Shown: positions 29,702 through 39,776, counted from the stretch's first letter. The stretch: 63,610 bases of DNA from Candidatus Omnitrophota bacterium (GCA_016190215.1 JACPRA010000039.1:1-63610), one strand, 5' to 3'. Numbers and translations are program-made. Notes: generated by a model not told the origin, from the sequence alone.

Positions 29702-30088
29702 CTAGTCGGCCAGTGTCGCGATGCGGATTTCACCGAACCCGGCGGCGCGGCAGAGATCCCACAGCTCGATCAGCCGGCTGACATAGGCGTTGCGGTCTGA
29801 CCGGATCAGGAGCGGCTGGTTGCGCGGCACCTCCGCCAGCTTCCGGCGCAGCTCGGCCATCGTCACCAGCTCCCGGTTCAGGTAGACGGCGTGCTCTTTG
29901 GTCAGCGTGATGTTCAGCCCCGACTGGTCCATCTGCTGGCCGGTCTGGGCTTTGGGCAGCGCGACCCGGATGCCTTGGTCGAGGAGCGGGGCCGTCACCA
30001 TGAAGATGATGAGGAGCACCAGCATCACGTCCACGAGGGGCGTGACGTTGATCTCAGACGCGAGGGAGTGCGGTGAGTTGGTCTGCAT
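29702..30088 (-). CDS. exbD: ExbD/TolR biopolymer transport protein
   Basis: EINVTPLVDVMLVLLIIFM and about 128 aa. Confidence 0.85.
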   Translation of the reverse strand: MQTNSPHSLASEINVTPLVDVMLVLLIIFMVTAPLLDQGIRVALPKAQTGQQMDQSGLNITLTKEHAVYLNRELVTMAELRRKLAEVPRNQPLLIRSDRNAYVSRLIELWDLCRAAGFGEIRIATLAD

Positions 30089-30713
30089 TCGCTTCGTTCA
30101 CCCGCGCTTGAAAGTCCTGGGCAAACGCGTCCACCTGGCGCGCCAGGCGGCGGTTCCAGCTCAGAAAGGTATTGTAGGCCATCACCGCCGGGATGGCGGC
30201 CAGCAACCCGGCCGCCGTCGTGATGAGGGCTTCGGCGATCGCCGGAGACACCACGGCCAGCGAGGCGGACCCGGCCGCGCCGATCCCTCGGAAGGCATCC
30301 ATGATGCCCCACACGGTGCCGAGCAGCCCGATGAACGGAGCGGCGGACCCGGTGGTCGCCAAAAACGTCAACGACGATTGCAGGCGCTCCAGCTCCGCGG
30401 CGACCGCCTTGGCGACCGCGCGCTCGAATGCCGCCGCGGAGACCTGGCGGGCCGGGTAGGCGGCGAGCAACACCCGCGCCATCGGGCTGATCGGAAACGA
30501 GGGGGCCAACTCCGCCACCGCGTCGAGATCGCCTTGCTGATCGAACAACTTCAGCCACGCCGCCGATTCCCGTGAGGCCGCCCGCAGCAGGCTGGATTTA
30601 TACAGGATGAGCCCCCAGGACACGACGGAGAGAGCGGCCAGGATCACGAGGATCAGCTTGACGATCAGACTCGCTTGAGAGATCAACTGCCATGCGGTTG
30701 GATACATCGTCAT
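30054..30713 (-). CDS. exbB: ExbB/TolQ/MotA-family proton channel
   Basis: Three TM helices and APFIGLLGTVWGIM..F, the hallmark of the family. Confidence 0.85.
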   Translation of the reverse strand: MTMYPTAWQLISQASLIVKLILVILAALSVVSWGLILYKSSLLRAASRESAAWLKLFDQQGDLDAVAELAPSFPISPMARVLLAAYPARQVSAAAFERAVAKAVAAELERLQSSLTFLATTGSAAPFIGLLGTVWGIMDAFRGIGAAGSASLAVVSPAIAEALITTAAGLLAAIPAVMAYNTFLSWNRRLARQVDAFAQDFQARVNEANADQLTALPRV

Positions 30714-30732
30714 TCCCTCATCATGCCTTCTT

Positions 30733-30759
30733 CAAAAATATCGGGGCGGGAGGATTTGG
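30733..30759. repeat. 27-nt direct duplicate (1 mismatch) of the tRNA-Pro 3' end plus flank
   Basis: tcaaaaaTatcggggcgggaggatttg at 30733-30759 versus tcaaaaaCatcggggcgggaggatttg at 30894-30920. Confidence 0.8.
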
Positions 30760-30902
30760 CTCCTCCGCTCCCCGCCTGTGGGCGGGTCGCTCCGGTAGCC
30801 GCCCGGCCCTCCCAAGGATGTCGCTGCTCCCTGTTCAGTCGCAGCTCCATGCAAGTTGGGTCGGGCCTCCCTTCAAATCCTCCCACCAACTTATCAAAAA
30901 CA

Positions 30903-30976
30903 TCGGGGCGGGAGGATTTGAACCTCCGACCTCTTGGTCCCGAACCAAGCGCTCTACCAAACTGAGCCACGCCCCG
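30903..30976 (-). tRNA. tRNA-Pro (anticodon CGG), CCA not encoded
   Basis: Minus strand CGGGGCG TG GCTC AGTTTGGTA GAGC G CTTGG TTCGGGA CCAAG AGGTC GGAGG TTCAAAT CCTCC CGCCCCG A folds as a canonical cloverleaf. Confidence 0.92.
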
Positions 30977-31000
30977 TCGAAACAGAAACCTAATTTTACC

Positions 31001-31306
31001 TTAAAACACCCAGATCCGCCATGCGACGATCCCGCCCGCGACCCATAACACCGCCAGGCCGCCGGCCAGGCCGATTTGTTTCCATCGGCTCCCGGCGGTC
31101 ATCTTCTTGACGCGCGCGTTCACCATCTTGAGGAGCTCTGTGAGGCGCTTCAAGAGCCGACGAGCCCACGGCACCTCCGATGAGAGAATCGCCAGGCCGG
31201 CCACGACGATGGGGAGTCCCGGACCAGGCAGCGGCATGAAGAGCGCGCCCAGCAGCACGATCAGCCCCCCGCCGCCGATCACGAACCAGCGTCTCAGGCG
31301 CTTCAT
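31001..31306 (-). CDS. small PGPGW-type membrane protein
   Basis: MKRLRRWFVIGGGGLIVLLGALFMPLPGPGLPIVVAGLAIL; ATG overlaps the ribE stop (ATGA). Confidence 0.6.
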   Translation of the reverse strand: MKRLRRWFVIGGGGLIVLLGALFMPLPGPGLPIVVAGLAILSSEVPWARRLLKRLTELLKMVNARVKKMTAGSRWKQIGLAGGLAVLWVAGGIVAWRIWVF

Positions 31307-31905
31307 CGGCGAGTGCGGCGGCCCGCCAGCTGCGCGATGAGCTTGGCGAAATAATCCACTTCGATATTCACCAGGTCGCCGGCTTGCAGCCGCCACACGG
31401 TAGTGCGATGCATCGTCTCCGGGATGATGAACACCTGGCACCGGGTAGACGACACCCGGCTCCCCAGCGTCAGGCTCACTCCATCGATCGTGATGGGCCC
31501 TTTGGGCACCAGGTAGCGCCCCACCGAGCGATCCACGGCCAGCTCCAGCCCGACCTCGCGCGCCTTGACGGCGCGCCGGAGCACGCGGCCCATGCCGTCC
31601 ACGTGGCCGAGGACCAGATGCCCGCTCAACCGATCCGTGATCCTCAAGCTGCGCTCCAGGTTCACCGCATCGCCGCGCGCGATCCGTCCCAGCGTCGTCA
31701 GCCGCTGCGTCTCAGGGATCACCTCGGCGGTGAACGCGCTCCGGCCGGCCCGGACGACGGTCAGGCACACGCCGTTGACCGCCACGCTCTCGCCCGCCTT
31801 CAATCCCTCGCAGGCGGCCGAGGCGCGCACCTCCAGCTCCGTCACCGCGTCGCGGCGGCGCACCTGGCTGATCGTGCCGATGTGCTGGATGATGCCGGTA
31901 AACAT
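31303..31905 (-). CDS. ribE: riboflavin synthase
   Basis: MFTGIIQHIGTI, SVAVNGVCLTV, duplicated barrel with ITIDGVSLT. Confidence 0.9.
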   Translation of the reverse strand: MFTGIIQHIGTISQVRRRDAVTELEVRASAACEGLKAGESVAVNGVCLTVVRAGRSAFTAEVIPETQRLTTLGRIARGDAVNLERSLRITDRLSGHLVLGHVDGMGRVLRRAVKAREVGLELAVDRSVGRYLVPKGPITIDGVSLTLGSRVSSTRCQVFIIPETMHRTTVWRLQAGDLVNIEVDYFAKLIAQLAGRRTRR

Positions 31906-31923
31906 CCGCTGTCCTGCTGGGTG

Positions 31924-33024
31924 TTAGCGCGCGCCCGGATAGACGACCGCGGCTTCGCAGACCAAGTCCGGGCCGAGACGCCGCACCTGCAGGCCGCGCA
32001 AGCGCGCGGCCTGGGCCAGCCGCGCGATCCCCGCGCCGCCGACCGACGAAGGGCTGGCGCGCCCGCCCACCAAGAGGGGAGCCAGAATCCACACGGCGCG
32101 ATCCACCAGCCGCTCCTCGAGCGCGCCGGCTACCAGCTCGCCTCCGCCCTCGATCAGCACGGAGGTCGCCTCAAACTGCTCGCTGAGCGCCCGGCACAAC
32201 TGCCGCAGCGGCACGCGCCCGCGCCTGGGCCGAAACGCCAGCACCCGCACGCCCAGCCGCTCAAACGGCTTCCAGGCGCGGGGCGAACGGTTCGTCGTCG
32301 CGATGATCACCGGCGCCGGCGGCGTCGGCCGCAGGCAACGGCTCGTCAGCGGGGTGCGCAAGCGGCTGTCCACGATCACCCTCATCGGCCGGCCGGGCCG
32401 CGCCGGGCGCGCGGAATCACGCACGGAGAGCCGGGGGTCATCTTGCCGCACGGTATTGACGCCGACCAGCACCGCGTCGGCGTCGCGCCGAAGCTCATGG
32501 GCCAGCCGCCGGGATGCCGGCGACGAGATCCAGCGGGATTCCCGAGAGGCGGTGGCGATTTTCCCGTCGAAGCTTTGCGCGATTTTCACCACCACCCAGG
32601 GGAGCTTCCGAGTCATGCGTTTGATAAAGGGCGCGTTAAGGCGCGCCGCCTCCGGCGCTCCGACCCCCAGCGCGACCTCGATCCCCGCCCGGCGCAGGCG
32701 CGCGAGGCCCCGCCCGTTCGTCAGGGGATTCGGATCGCGCATCGCCGCCACGACCCGCGACAGGCCTGCCTTGATGAGCGCTTCGCAGCACGGCGGCGTG
32801 CGGCCGTGATGCCGGCACGGCTCGAGGTTCACGTACAGGGTCGCCCCGCGCGCGTGCGGGCCGGCCTGGCGCAAGGCCTCCACTTCCGCGTGCGGCCCTC
32901 CGGCGCGACGATGATACCCGGCACCCACGATCCGCCCGCGCGCGCTCACGACGACCGCCCCCACCATCGGGTTCGGCGACGTGTCGCCCTGCGCGCGGCG
33001 CGCCAATTGCAGCGCCCGCGTCAT
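31924..33024 (-). CDS. ribD: bifunctional pyrimidine deaminase / uracil reductase
   Basis: MTRALQLARRAQG.TSPNPMVGAVVV, HAEVEAL, YVNLEPCRHHGRTPPC. ATG at 33024 overlaps the stop of the PHP gene. Confidence 0.9.
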   Translation of the reverse strand: MTRALQLARRAQGDTSPNPMVGAVVVSARGRIVGAGYHRRAGGPHAEVEALRQAGPHARGATLYVNLEPCRHHGRTPPCCEALIKAGLSRVVAAMRDPNPLTNGRGLARLRRAGIEVALGVGAPEAARLNAPFIKRMTRKLPWVVVKIAQSFDGKIATASRESRWISSPASRRLAHELRRDADAVLVGVNTVRQDDPRLSVRDSARPARPGRPMRVIVDSRLRTPLTSRCLRPTPPAPVIIATTNRSPRAWKPFERLGVRVLAFRPRRGRVPLRQLCRALSEQFEATSVLIEGGGELVAGALEERLVDRAVWILAPLLVGGRASPSSVGGAGIARLAQAARLRGLQVRRLGPDLVCEAAVVYPGAR

Positions 33025-33869
33025 GAAGCGGGCGTCGGATGCGCGGCTTTCCATGCCTTGAGGGCCTCAACCAGTTCGTACGGAATCGGCGCCGAGCCGA
33101 TCGGGACCCCTTCCCGTGACGTGCCGTGAAAATCGCTGCCGCCGGTCTTCAGCAACCCCAGCCGGTCGGCCAATTTCTTGTAGCGGTTCACCACCTCCGG
33201 CGTGTGGCTTGAATGATAGACTTCCAGCCCCACCAGCCCCTCGCGGGCCCACTGCTCGATCAGCGCATCGTTCTTGACGTAGATCGGATGCGCCAGGACC
33301 GGAATGCCGCCGGCCTCCCGGATCGCCCGGATGGCCTCCTGCGGCGCAGTCGGCGTGCCCGGCACGTAGGCGGGGCCGTTGTTGCCGATGTAGCGGTCGA
33401 ACGCTTCGCGCGGTGTGGCCACATAGCCGTGCGTGACCAGCACCTGCGCGACGTGCGGGCGGCCCACCGCCCCCTCGCCGGCGACGGCGAACACTTCCTC
33501 GATGCTGATGTTCAATCCCAGGGCGCGCAGCCGCTCCACCATCTCATGCGTCCGCCGGATGCGCCGGGTGCGCTGCTCGGCCAGCCGCTGCTGAAACGGC
33601 GCGTGGTGGAGGTCCATAAACAACCCCAGCATGTGCACGTCCACCTCGCCGTTGGGCCCCAGGAGGCCGGCCGACATCTCCAGGCCGGGGATCAGCTCAA
33701 GCCCCTGCGCCGCGGCGAAGGGCGCGGCCTGCTCATACGCGTCCATGATGTCATGGTCCGTAATCGCCATCGCCGACAATCCGGCCTCAACGGCCATCTC
33801 CACGACGCGCTGGGGCGTTTCCGTGCCGTCGGAATAGCGGGTATGCACGTGCAAATCTGCTGTGGGCAT
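33021..33869 (-). CDS. PHP-domain phosphoesterase (TrpH/YciV-like)
   Basis: ADLHVHTRYSDGT, AITDHD, HPIY; AAGGTG Shine-Dalgarno before ATG 33869. Confidence 0.8.
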   Translation of the reverse strand: MPTADLHVHTRYSDGTETPQRVVEMAVEAGLSAMAITDHDIMDAYEQAAPFAAAQGLELIPGLEMSAGLLGPNGEVDVHMLGLFMDLHHAPFQQRLAEQRTRRIRRTHEMVERLRALGLNISIEEVFAVAGEGAVGRPHVAQVLVTHGYVATPREAFDRYIGNNGPAYVPGTPTAPQEAIRAIREAGGIPVLAHPIYVKNDALIEQWAREGLVGLEVYHSSHTPEVVNRYKKLADRLGLLKTGGSDFHGTSREGVPIGSAPIPYELVEALKAWKAAHPTPAS

Positions 33870-33882
33870 GATCACCTTGGAG

Positions 33883-34338
33883 TTACGCGGCGGGCGGAGC
33901 GTCAAGCGCGGCGGACGACGGGGGAACGGACGCAGCCGGCCGCGTCTTGTGGATCGTATCTAAGATGCCGTTGACGAATTTGCTCGATTCCTCATCGCCG
34001 AACCGCTTGGCCAGCTCCACCGCTTCGTTCAGGCACACTTTCGGCGGCACGTCCTCGGTGTAGAGCAGCTCATAGGCGCCCAGGCGCAGGATGTTGCGGT
34101 CCACCACGGCCATGCGGCCGATGTCCCAGTTGCTGGCGTGCGCGCTGATCAAGCGGTCAATGGCGGCCAGGTGGCTCAGCGTGCCTTGCACCAGGCGCGT
34201 GGCGAACTCCTTGATGTCGCCGGCCACCGTCTGCCGGACTTGGAAGTCATGCAGGGCGGCCTGCGGGTCGGCGTGCGTCAGATCCACCTGGTAGAGAATC
34301 TGCAGGGCGTATTCGCGCGCTCGGGTGCGGTTTCGCAT
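33883..34338 (-). CDS. nusB: transcription antitermination factor NusB
   Basis: RTRAREYALQILYQ, RMAVVDRNILRLGAYELLY, PPKVCLNEAVELAK. Confidence 0.9.
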   Translation of the reverse strand: MRNRTRAREYALQILYQVDLTHADPQAALHDFQVRQTVAGDIKEFATRLVQGTLSHLAAIDRLISAHASNWDIGRMAVVDRNILRLGAYELLYTEDVPPKVCLNEAVELAKRFGDEESSKFVNGILDTIHKTRPAASVPPSSAALDAPPAA

Positions 34339-34345
34339 GGGTAAG

Positions 34346-34792
34346 TTAGAGTGTCGCAAGCTGTGTCATCATGTCGAGGGCGGCTTCGGCGGCTTCTTCG
34401 CCCCGGTGGCCGCATCGGCCGCCGGCCCGCTGGCGCGCTTGGGCAAACGTATCGGCGATGATGACGCCGAAGGCCACCGGCACCCGCGTCGAGACCGCCA
34501 CCTGCGTCAATCCGTCGGCGACCGCCTGGCCGATCGCCGCGTACTGGGGGGTCTCGCCCTTGATCAGGCACCCCAGCGCGATCACCGCGTCCGGCCGCCG
34601 TGCTGCGATCGCGGCCGCGGCCGCCACCGGCAATTCAAACGCGCCGGGCACCCAGACCGTGCCGATGTCCTCTGCCGCCACACCGGCCCGCCGCAGCACG
34701 CGGCGCGCGCCGTCAACCAGCTCCGAGGTCACCGCCTGATTAAACCGGGCGGCCACCAGCACGACGCGCCGCGCGCGCCGGTTACGAGCCAT
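34346..34792 (-). CDS. ribH: 6,7-dimethyl-8-ribityllumazine synthase
   Basis: [32 protein letters not shown]. Confidence 0.9.
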   Translation of the reverse strand: MARNRRARRVVLVAARFNQAVTSELVDGARRVLRRAGVAAEDIGTVWVPGAFELPVAAAAAIAARRPDAVIALGCLIKGETPQYAAIGQAVADGLTQVAVSTRVPVAFGVIIADTFAQARQRAGGRCGHRGEEAAEAALDMMTQLATL

Positions 34793-36005
34793 TCAACAGA
34801 TGGCCCAGCTTCTCGCGCTTGGTGGAGAGATAGCGGGCGTTTTCCGGGCGCGCGGCCATTTCAATGGGCACGCGCTCCACCACGCGCAATCCATAGCCTT
34901 CCAGCCCGACGATCTTGCGCGGGTTGTTGGTCAGCAATTGCAGCTCTTTCAAGCCGAGATCCACCAGGATCTGCGCGCCGATGCCGTAGTCCCGCAAGTC
35001 CGGCTCGAACCCCAGCGCGGCGTTGGCTTCGACGGTATCCATGCCTTCGTCCTGCAGAGCGTAGGCTTTGACCTTGTTGCCCAAGCCGATGCCCCGGCCT
35101 TCCTGGTTGATGTAGAGGATGACCCCCCGCCCCGCCTCGCTGATTTTTTCCATGGCGCGGCGCAACTGGGGGCCGCAGTCGCAGCGCAGGCTGCCGAACA
35201 CGTCGCCGGTCAGGCACTGGGAATGGACGCGCACCATCACGGGGGCGCCGTCATCCACCCGGCCGCGCACCAGGGCGACGTGCTGGCGGTCGTCCACGCT
35301 GGTGTCGTAGAGCATCAGCCGAAACTCCCCGAACTCCGTCGGCAGCTTGGTGCTGGCCATCCGCCGGACGAGCTTTTCGAACTTCCGGCGATAGTCAATC
35401 AAGCTGGCGATCGTGCAAATCTTCAACTGATGCTGCGCGGCGAACTCGAAGAGCTGGGTGGAGCGGGCCATCGTGCCGTCGTCGTGCATGATCTCGCAAA
35501 TGACGCCGGCCGGGTAGACGCCCGCCAGCCGGGCCAGGTCCACGCCCGCCTCAGTGTGGCCGGCGCGGCGCAGGACCCCGCCTTCCTTGGCCCGCAGCGG
35601 AAACACATGCCCGGGGCGGGCGAGATCGTCCGGCTTGGTCTGCGAGTTGATCAAAATTTGGATGGTCCGGGCCCGGTCAGGCGCGGAGATGCCGGTCGAG
35701 ACCCCTTCCCGGGCATCCACGGAGATGGTCCAGGCCGTCTTCATCGGGTCTTGCGAGGGGGACACCATCTGATGTAGGCCGAGCTGGTCCAGCCGCCCCC
35801 CCTCCATGGGGACGCAAATGATGCCCCGGCCGAAGCGCGCCATGAAGTTGATGTGCTCCGGCGTGACGAAGGTGGCCGCCATCACCAGATCGCCCTCGTT
35901 CTCGCGGTCGCCGTCGTCTACGACAATGACCATCCGGCCCTCCCGGAGCTCTTCCAGGATTTCCGGAATGGCATGAAATGTGGAGGTGGCGGAGTCAGAT
36001 GACAT
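34782..36005 (-). CDS. ribBA: bifunctional 3,4-dihydroxy-2-butanone-4-phosphate synthase / GTP cyclohydrolase II
   Basis: [56 protein letters not shown]. Confidence 0.92.
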   Translation of the reverse strand: MSSDSATSTFHAIPEILEELREGRMVIVVDDGDRENEGDLVMAATFVTPEHINFMARFGRGIICVPMEGGRLDQLGLHQMVSPSQDPMKTAWTISVDAREGVSTGISAPDRARTIQILINSQTKPDDLARPGHVFPLRAKEGGVLRRAGHTEAGVDLARLAGVYPAGVICEIMHDDGTMARSTQLFEFAAQHQLKICTIASLIDYRRKFEKLVRRMASTKLPTEFGEFRLMLYDTSVDDRQHVALVRGRVDDGAPVMVRVHSQCLTGDVFGSLRCDCGPQLRRAMEKISEAGRGVILYINQEGRGIGLGNKVKAYALQDEGMDTVEANAALGFEPDLRDYGIGAQILVDLGLKELQLLTNNPRKIVGLEGYGLRVVERVPIEMAARPENARYLSTKREKLGHLLNGS

Positions 36006-36013
36006 AACAGTTC

Positions 36014-36042
36014 AGTATACGGAAGTTCGTGCCGCGGGTCAA
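36014..36042 (-). promoter_or_regulatory. rib operon promoter TTGACC-17-TATACT
   Basis: Minus strand reads ttgacc cgcggcacgaacttccg tatact. Only 8 nt separate the -10 box from the ribBA ATG. Confidence 0.65.
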
Positions 36043-36095
36043 GCGCACCGGATGATGAATAACTCGTTGTGGATCAATAGGATAGAGATAAAAAA

Positions 36096-39000
36096 CTAGG
36101 CGGGAACGGCGTCGGTATCGGCCGGGGCCGTCACGGCGGCCTCCGGGGCGGCCGCCTCGACAGCCGGCTGGGCGGACGCCGCTGACTCAGCAGTCGGGGC
36201 CGGAGCGACCGAGGGCGTTTTCGTGCGGGTCAATTTGACCGAGACGACCTTGGAAATGCCCGCCTGCTCCATGGTGACGCCGTAGAGGGAGTCGGCCTTG
36301 GTGATGGTCTTCTTGTTGTGGGTGATGAGGATGAACTGGGAGAGGCTCAAGAACTCTTCCAGCACGCTGGTGAACCGGTCCACATTGGCCTCATCCAAGG
36401 GGGCGTCAATCTCATCCAGGATGCAGAACGGCGAGGGGCGCACCTTGAACAAGGCGAACAACAGGGCGATGGCGGTCAGGGCCCGCTCCCCGCCGGAGAG
36501 CAAGCTGATGGTCTGCAGCCGCTTGCCGGGCGGCCGGGCCACGATCTCGATGCCGGACTCCAGCACATCCTCTTCGTCCAGGAGAATGAGGTTGGCCTCG
36601 CCGCCGCGGAAGAGCTGGGTGTAGTAATGCTGGAATTCCGCGGTGATCTTCGCGAAGGTGTCGCGGAACTGCTGGCGCGCGGTCCGGTTGATCTGCGCGA
36701 TGGAGGCCTTCAGGTCTTCCCGCGCCTTCACCAAGTCCTGCTGCTGGGTCTGCAGGAACTCCAGGCGCTGCTTCAAAGTGTCGTATTCTTCCACCGAGCC
36801 GAGATTGACCGGCCCGATGGTGCCCAGCTTGCCTTTGAGCTTCTCCACCTGCTCGGTCAGGGCCTGCCGTTCCTCCTCCGACAGCGGGGCAGCACCCTCC
36901 TGGCCCTGCTGGGCCAGCACCTGCGCTTCGTCAATCTGGTAGACGTCCCGCAGCCGCTCGACGATGCGGGCGCGGCGGAAGCTGCGCTCGGCGAACTGGC
37001 TCTCCTGCTGCTGGAGCGAATGGGTGAGGGCCAGCAAGTCCCGCTCGATGGCGGAGAGTGTCGGCAGCACCTGGTCGCGCGTGAGCTCCTCGGCGTGCAG
37101 CCGGTCCGCCACGGCGGCCACCTGCCCTTCCAGCGTCACGCGCTCGTCGGCCAGCGTCTTGGCGTCCTGCTCGTGCGCTTCCCGCTCCCGCGTCAGCTCG
37201 GCGATCCGCTCGGCACTGGCGCGGTGTTGCGCGCGCTTGGCCTCCACGTCCGACTGCAGCCGGACGTACTCGCTCTGCAGCTCGCTCACGCGCGCCGCCC
37301 CTTCGCGCAGCCGCTCGCGGCAGGCGCCGAGGGCGCCATCCACTTGCGCGCCGGAGACCAGCAGGCTCTGGCGGCGCTGATGCGACTCGTCGTGCCGGCG
37401 CTGGGAAGCCTGCAGCGTCTCCTGCGCCGCCTGATGCCGCGCTTCCGATTCGGCCACCGCTTGCTGGGCATCGGCTTGCGCCTGAGTCAACTGTGCCTGC
37501 TGCGCGCGAAGCTCCTGCAGGTCGAGGGCGTGGGTTTCCAACTCCTCGCGCAAGCGCTTGATGTCATGCGCAAGCTGGGCCGATTGGCTCTCCAGCTTCG
37601 CCAGGGCCGGCACCGCGCGGTCGAACTGCTCCCGCGCCTGCGTTTCCGTAGCCGCGCAGGAACGGCGCATCTCGTCCGCCTGCTGGCACGCGGACTGGCA
37701 GCCGGCCAGGTCGCGCTCCAGGACGCCGAGCTCTTCCGTGGCGCGTTCCCAGCGCTGTCGGCGCCCGACCATGCTGGAGATGCGGGGCGTCCCGCCGGAA
37801 AATTGCCATCCCTGCCCGTCCCACCGGTCGCCGGAGGGGCTGACCCACTGCTTGGGAGAACGAAACGCGGGGTCCATGACGCGGCCGAGATCATCCGCCA
37901 CCCACCACGGGTTCAGCAGCCAGTCCATAAACGGCCGCGCCACAGGGTCGTCTTTCACGAAGGTCAGCAGCGGGCCCAACACGCCGGGCTGTGACGACAC
38001 TCCGGGCGGCACCGGCGCTGCGGACGCCAATTCCGCATCGGCCAGGACGATGAAGCGCGCTTCGCCGAGCTGGTCCGCGCTCAGGAGCTCTCGGCAGCGC
38101 TTGAGCGCGTGCCGGTCCCGGACGACGATGGCGCTCGCCAGCGGGCCCATCGCCGCTTCCAGCGCCCGCTCGTATCCCGGCTGCGCATCCAGGAGATCAG
38201 CCAGCAACCCCAACACGCCATCCGGCGGGTTCGCCAGCAAGGCTTTCACCCCGTCGGGAAACCCTTCGTGGCGCCGCCAGACCTCTTCCAACAACTGCAC
38301 TTGGGCGCGCTGCCGCAGCGTGCGCTCCTGCACTTCCTGCACCCGGCCCAGCGACTCCTGATGGCGGCCGTGCGCCTCGTCCAAGGCGCGCTTCGATTGT
38401 TCCGTCTGCTGCTTCAACGACGACACCTGTTCTTGCGCGGCGCGCCGCTGCTGCTCCACCGCGTCAGATTTCCCCGTCAGGGCGTCGAGCCGCTGCTGCG
38501 CGGCGGCCTGGGCCGCCGTCACGCGGGCCGCCTGCGCATCCACGGCCTGCAGGCGCAGCCCGCAGGAGGCGAACGCGTTGCGCTGCTGCGACGCCTGCGA
38601 CGCGGCCGCGAACAAGGCCTGCTTGGCCTCGTCGATCGCCGTGAGCGCGCCGGCGATACCCTGCTCCAGCGCTGCCACGTCCCGCGTCACAGCCTGGCGC
38701 TGCTCATCCAGCTCGCGCTCCTGCTGTGTCAAGGTCTGCTGCTGCGCGGTCAGCCGCTCCACCTGCTCGGCCGCCTGCTTGCCCCGCTCTTCCAACTGGA
38801 TTTCTTCGCGGCTGAGCTGCTCGCTCTGCTGGGCGAGCTGCTCGAGCCACTGCCCCTTGAGGGCCAGTTGGCTGGCGTGCTGTTCGATGCGGCTGGAGAC
38901 TTCGACCAACCGCGTGCGCGCCTCCTGCAGCTCGGCCTGCACCGAGGAGACGGCGGTCTGGCAGACTTCCAATTGCGTCAGATGCTCCTGGCGGCGGGTT

Positions 39001-39776
39001 TCCAACTCTCCCTGCTGCTGTTTGAGCGTCTCCACCTGAGCCGAGAGCTGCTGGTGCAGCTCTTCGCCCCGGCGAAGCTCGTCGGCGGCCAAGCGTACCT
39101 CGCCGGATTTGAGCTGCTCCCACTGGCCTTGATATTGCCGGGCTTTGGCCGCCTGCCGCTCCAGCAACGCCACCTGCCGGCGGACTTCGGAGGTAATATC
39201 CACCAGCCGCACGAGGTGCTGTTCCACTTCATCGAGGCGGCGCAGCGTCTCTTGCTTCTTGGAGAGGTATTTGGCGACCCCGCTGGCTTCTTCAAACACG
39301 ATGCGGCGCTCCTCCGGGCGGGAGGACAGGATCATGTCAATGTGGCCCTGCTCGATGATGGCGTACGTGCCCCCGCCCAGGCCGGTGCCGAGGAACAGCT
39401 CCTGGATGTCCTTCAGGCGGCAGGGGCTTTGGTTGATGAAGTATTCGCTCTCGCCGGAACGGTAGACGCGGCGGGTGAGGAGCACTTCGGTGAACGCGAT
39501 GGGCAGCAGGCCCCGCTCGTTCTCGATGAGGAGGTTCACCTCCGCCATGGACAGCGGGGCGGCGGTGTCGGTGCCGTTGAAGATGACGTCTTCGAGGCGG
39601 GGGGCGCGCACGTCGCGGGGGTTGTGCTCCCCCAGGACCCAGCGCATGGCGTCGACTAAGTTTGACTTCCCGGAACCGTTCGGCCCGACGATGGCCGTGA
39701 CCCCGGGCTCGAAATGGATGGCGGTTTTCTTGGCGAAGGATTTAAAACCGAAGACGTCGAGGCGCTTGAGACGCAT
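36096..39776 (-). CDS. smc: chromosome segregation protein SMC
   Basis: Walker A GPNGSGKSN, long Q/E/A/L-rich coiled coils, central hinge, C-terminal LSGGERALTAIALLFA signature and Walker B ILDEIDAPLD. Confidence 0.95.
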   Translation of the reverse strand: MRLKRLDVFGFKSFAKKTAIHFEPGVTAIVGPNGSGKSNLVDAMRWVLGEHNPRDVRAPRLEDVIFNGTDTAAPLSMAEVNLLIENERGLLPIAFTEVLLTRRVYRSGESEYFINQSPCRLKDIQELFLGTGLGGGTYAIIEQGHIDMILSSRPEERRIVFEEASGVAKYLSKKQETLRRLDEVEQHLVRLVDITSEVRRQVALLERQAAKARQYQGQWEQLKSGEVRLAADELRRGEELHQQLSAQVETLKQQQGELETRRQEHLTQLEVCQTAVSSVQAELQEARTRLVEVSSRIEQHASQLALKGQWLEQLAQQSEQLSREEIQLEERGKQAAEQVERLTAQQQTLTQQERELDEQRQAVTRDVAALEQGIAGALTAIDEAKQALFAAASQASQQRNAFASCGLRLQAVDAQAARVTAAQAAAQQRLDALTGKSDAVEQQRRAAQEQVSSLKQQTEQSKRALDEAHGRHQESLGRVQEVQERTLRQRAQVQLLEEVWRRHEGFPDGVKALLANPPDGVLGLLADLLDAQPGYERALEAAMGPLASAIVVRDRHALKRCRELLSADQLGEARFIVLADAELASAAPVPPGVSSQPGVLGPLLTFVKDDPVARPFMDWLLNPWWVADDLGRVMDPAFRSPKQWVSPSGDRWDGQGWQFSGGTPRISSMVGRRQRWERATEELGVLERDLAGCQSACQQADEMRRSCAATETQAREQFDRAVPALAKLESQSAQLAHDIKRLREELETHALDLQELRAQQAQLTQAQADAQQAVAESEARHQAAQETLQASQRRHDESHQRRQSLLVSGAQVDGALGACRERLREGAARVSELQSEYVRLQSDVEAKRAQHRASAERIAELTREREAHEQDAKTLADERVTLEGQVAAVADRLHAEELTRDQVLPTLSAIERDLLALTHSLQQQESQFAERSFRRARIVERLRDVYQIDEAQVLAQQGQEGAAPLSEEERQALTEQVEKLKGKLGTIGPVNLGSVEEYDTLKQRLEFLQTQQQDLVKAREDLKASIAQINRTARQQFRDTFAKITAEFQHYYTQLFRGGEANLILLDEEDVLESGIEIVARPPGKRLQTISLLSGGERALTAIALLFALFKVRPSPFCILDEIDAPLDEANVDRFTSVLEEFLSLSQFILITHNKKTITKADSLYGVTMEQAGISKVVSVKLTRTKTPSVAPAPTAESAASAQPAVEAAAPEAAVTAPADTDAVPA

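Noticed and set aside
30745-30890. A second tRNA or tRNA pseudogene next to tRNA-Pro
   Set aside because: Only the T-arm/acceptor 3' portion is duplicated. No D-arm or anticodon arm can be drawn, and the T-loop copy is degenerate (agccaaat).
36006-36095. FMN riboswitch upstream of ribBA
   Set aside because: Only 90 nt are available and most of it is taken by a promoter ending 8 nt before the ATG. I could not see the conserved FMN-aptamer sequence blocks I remember.
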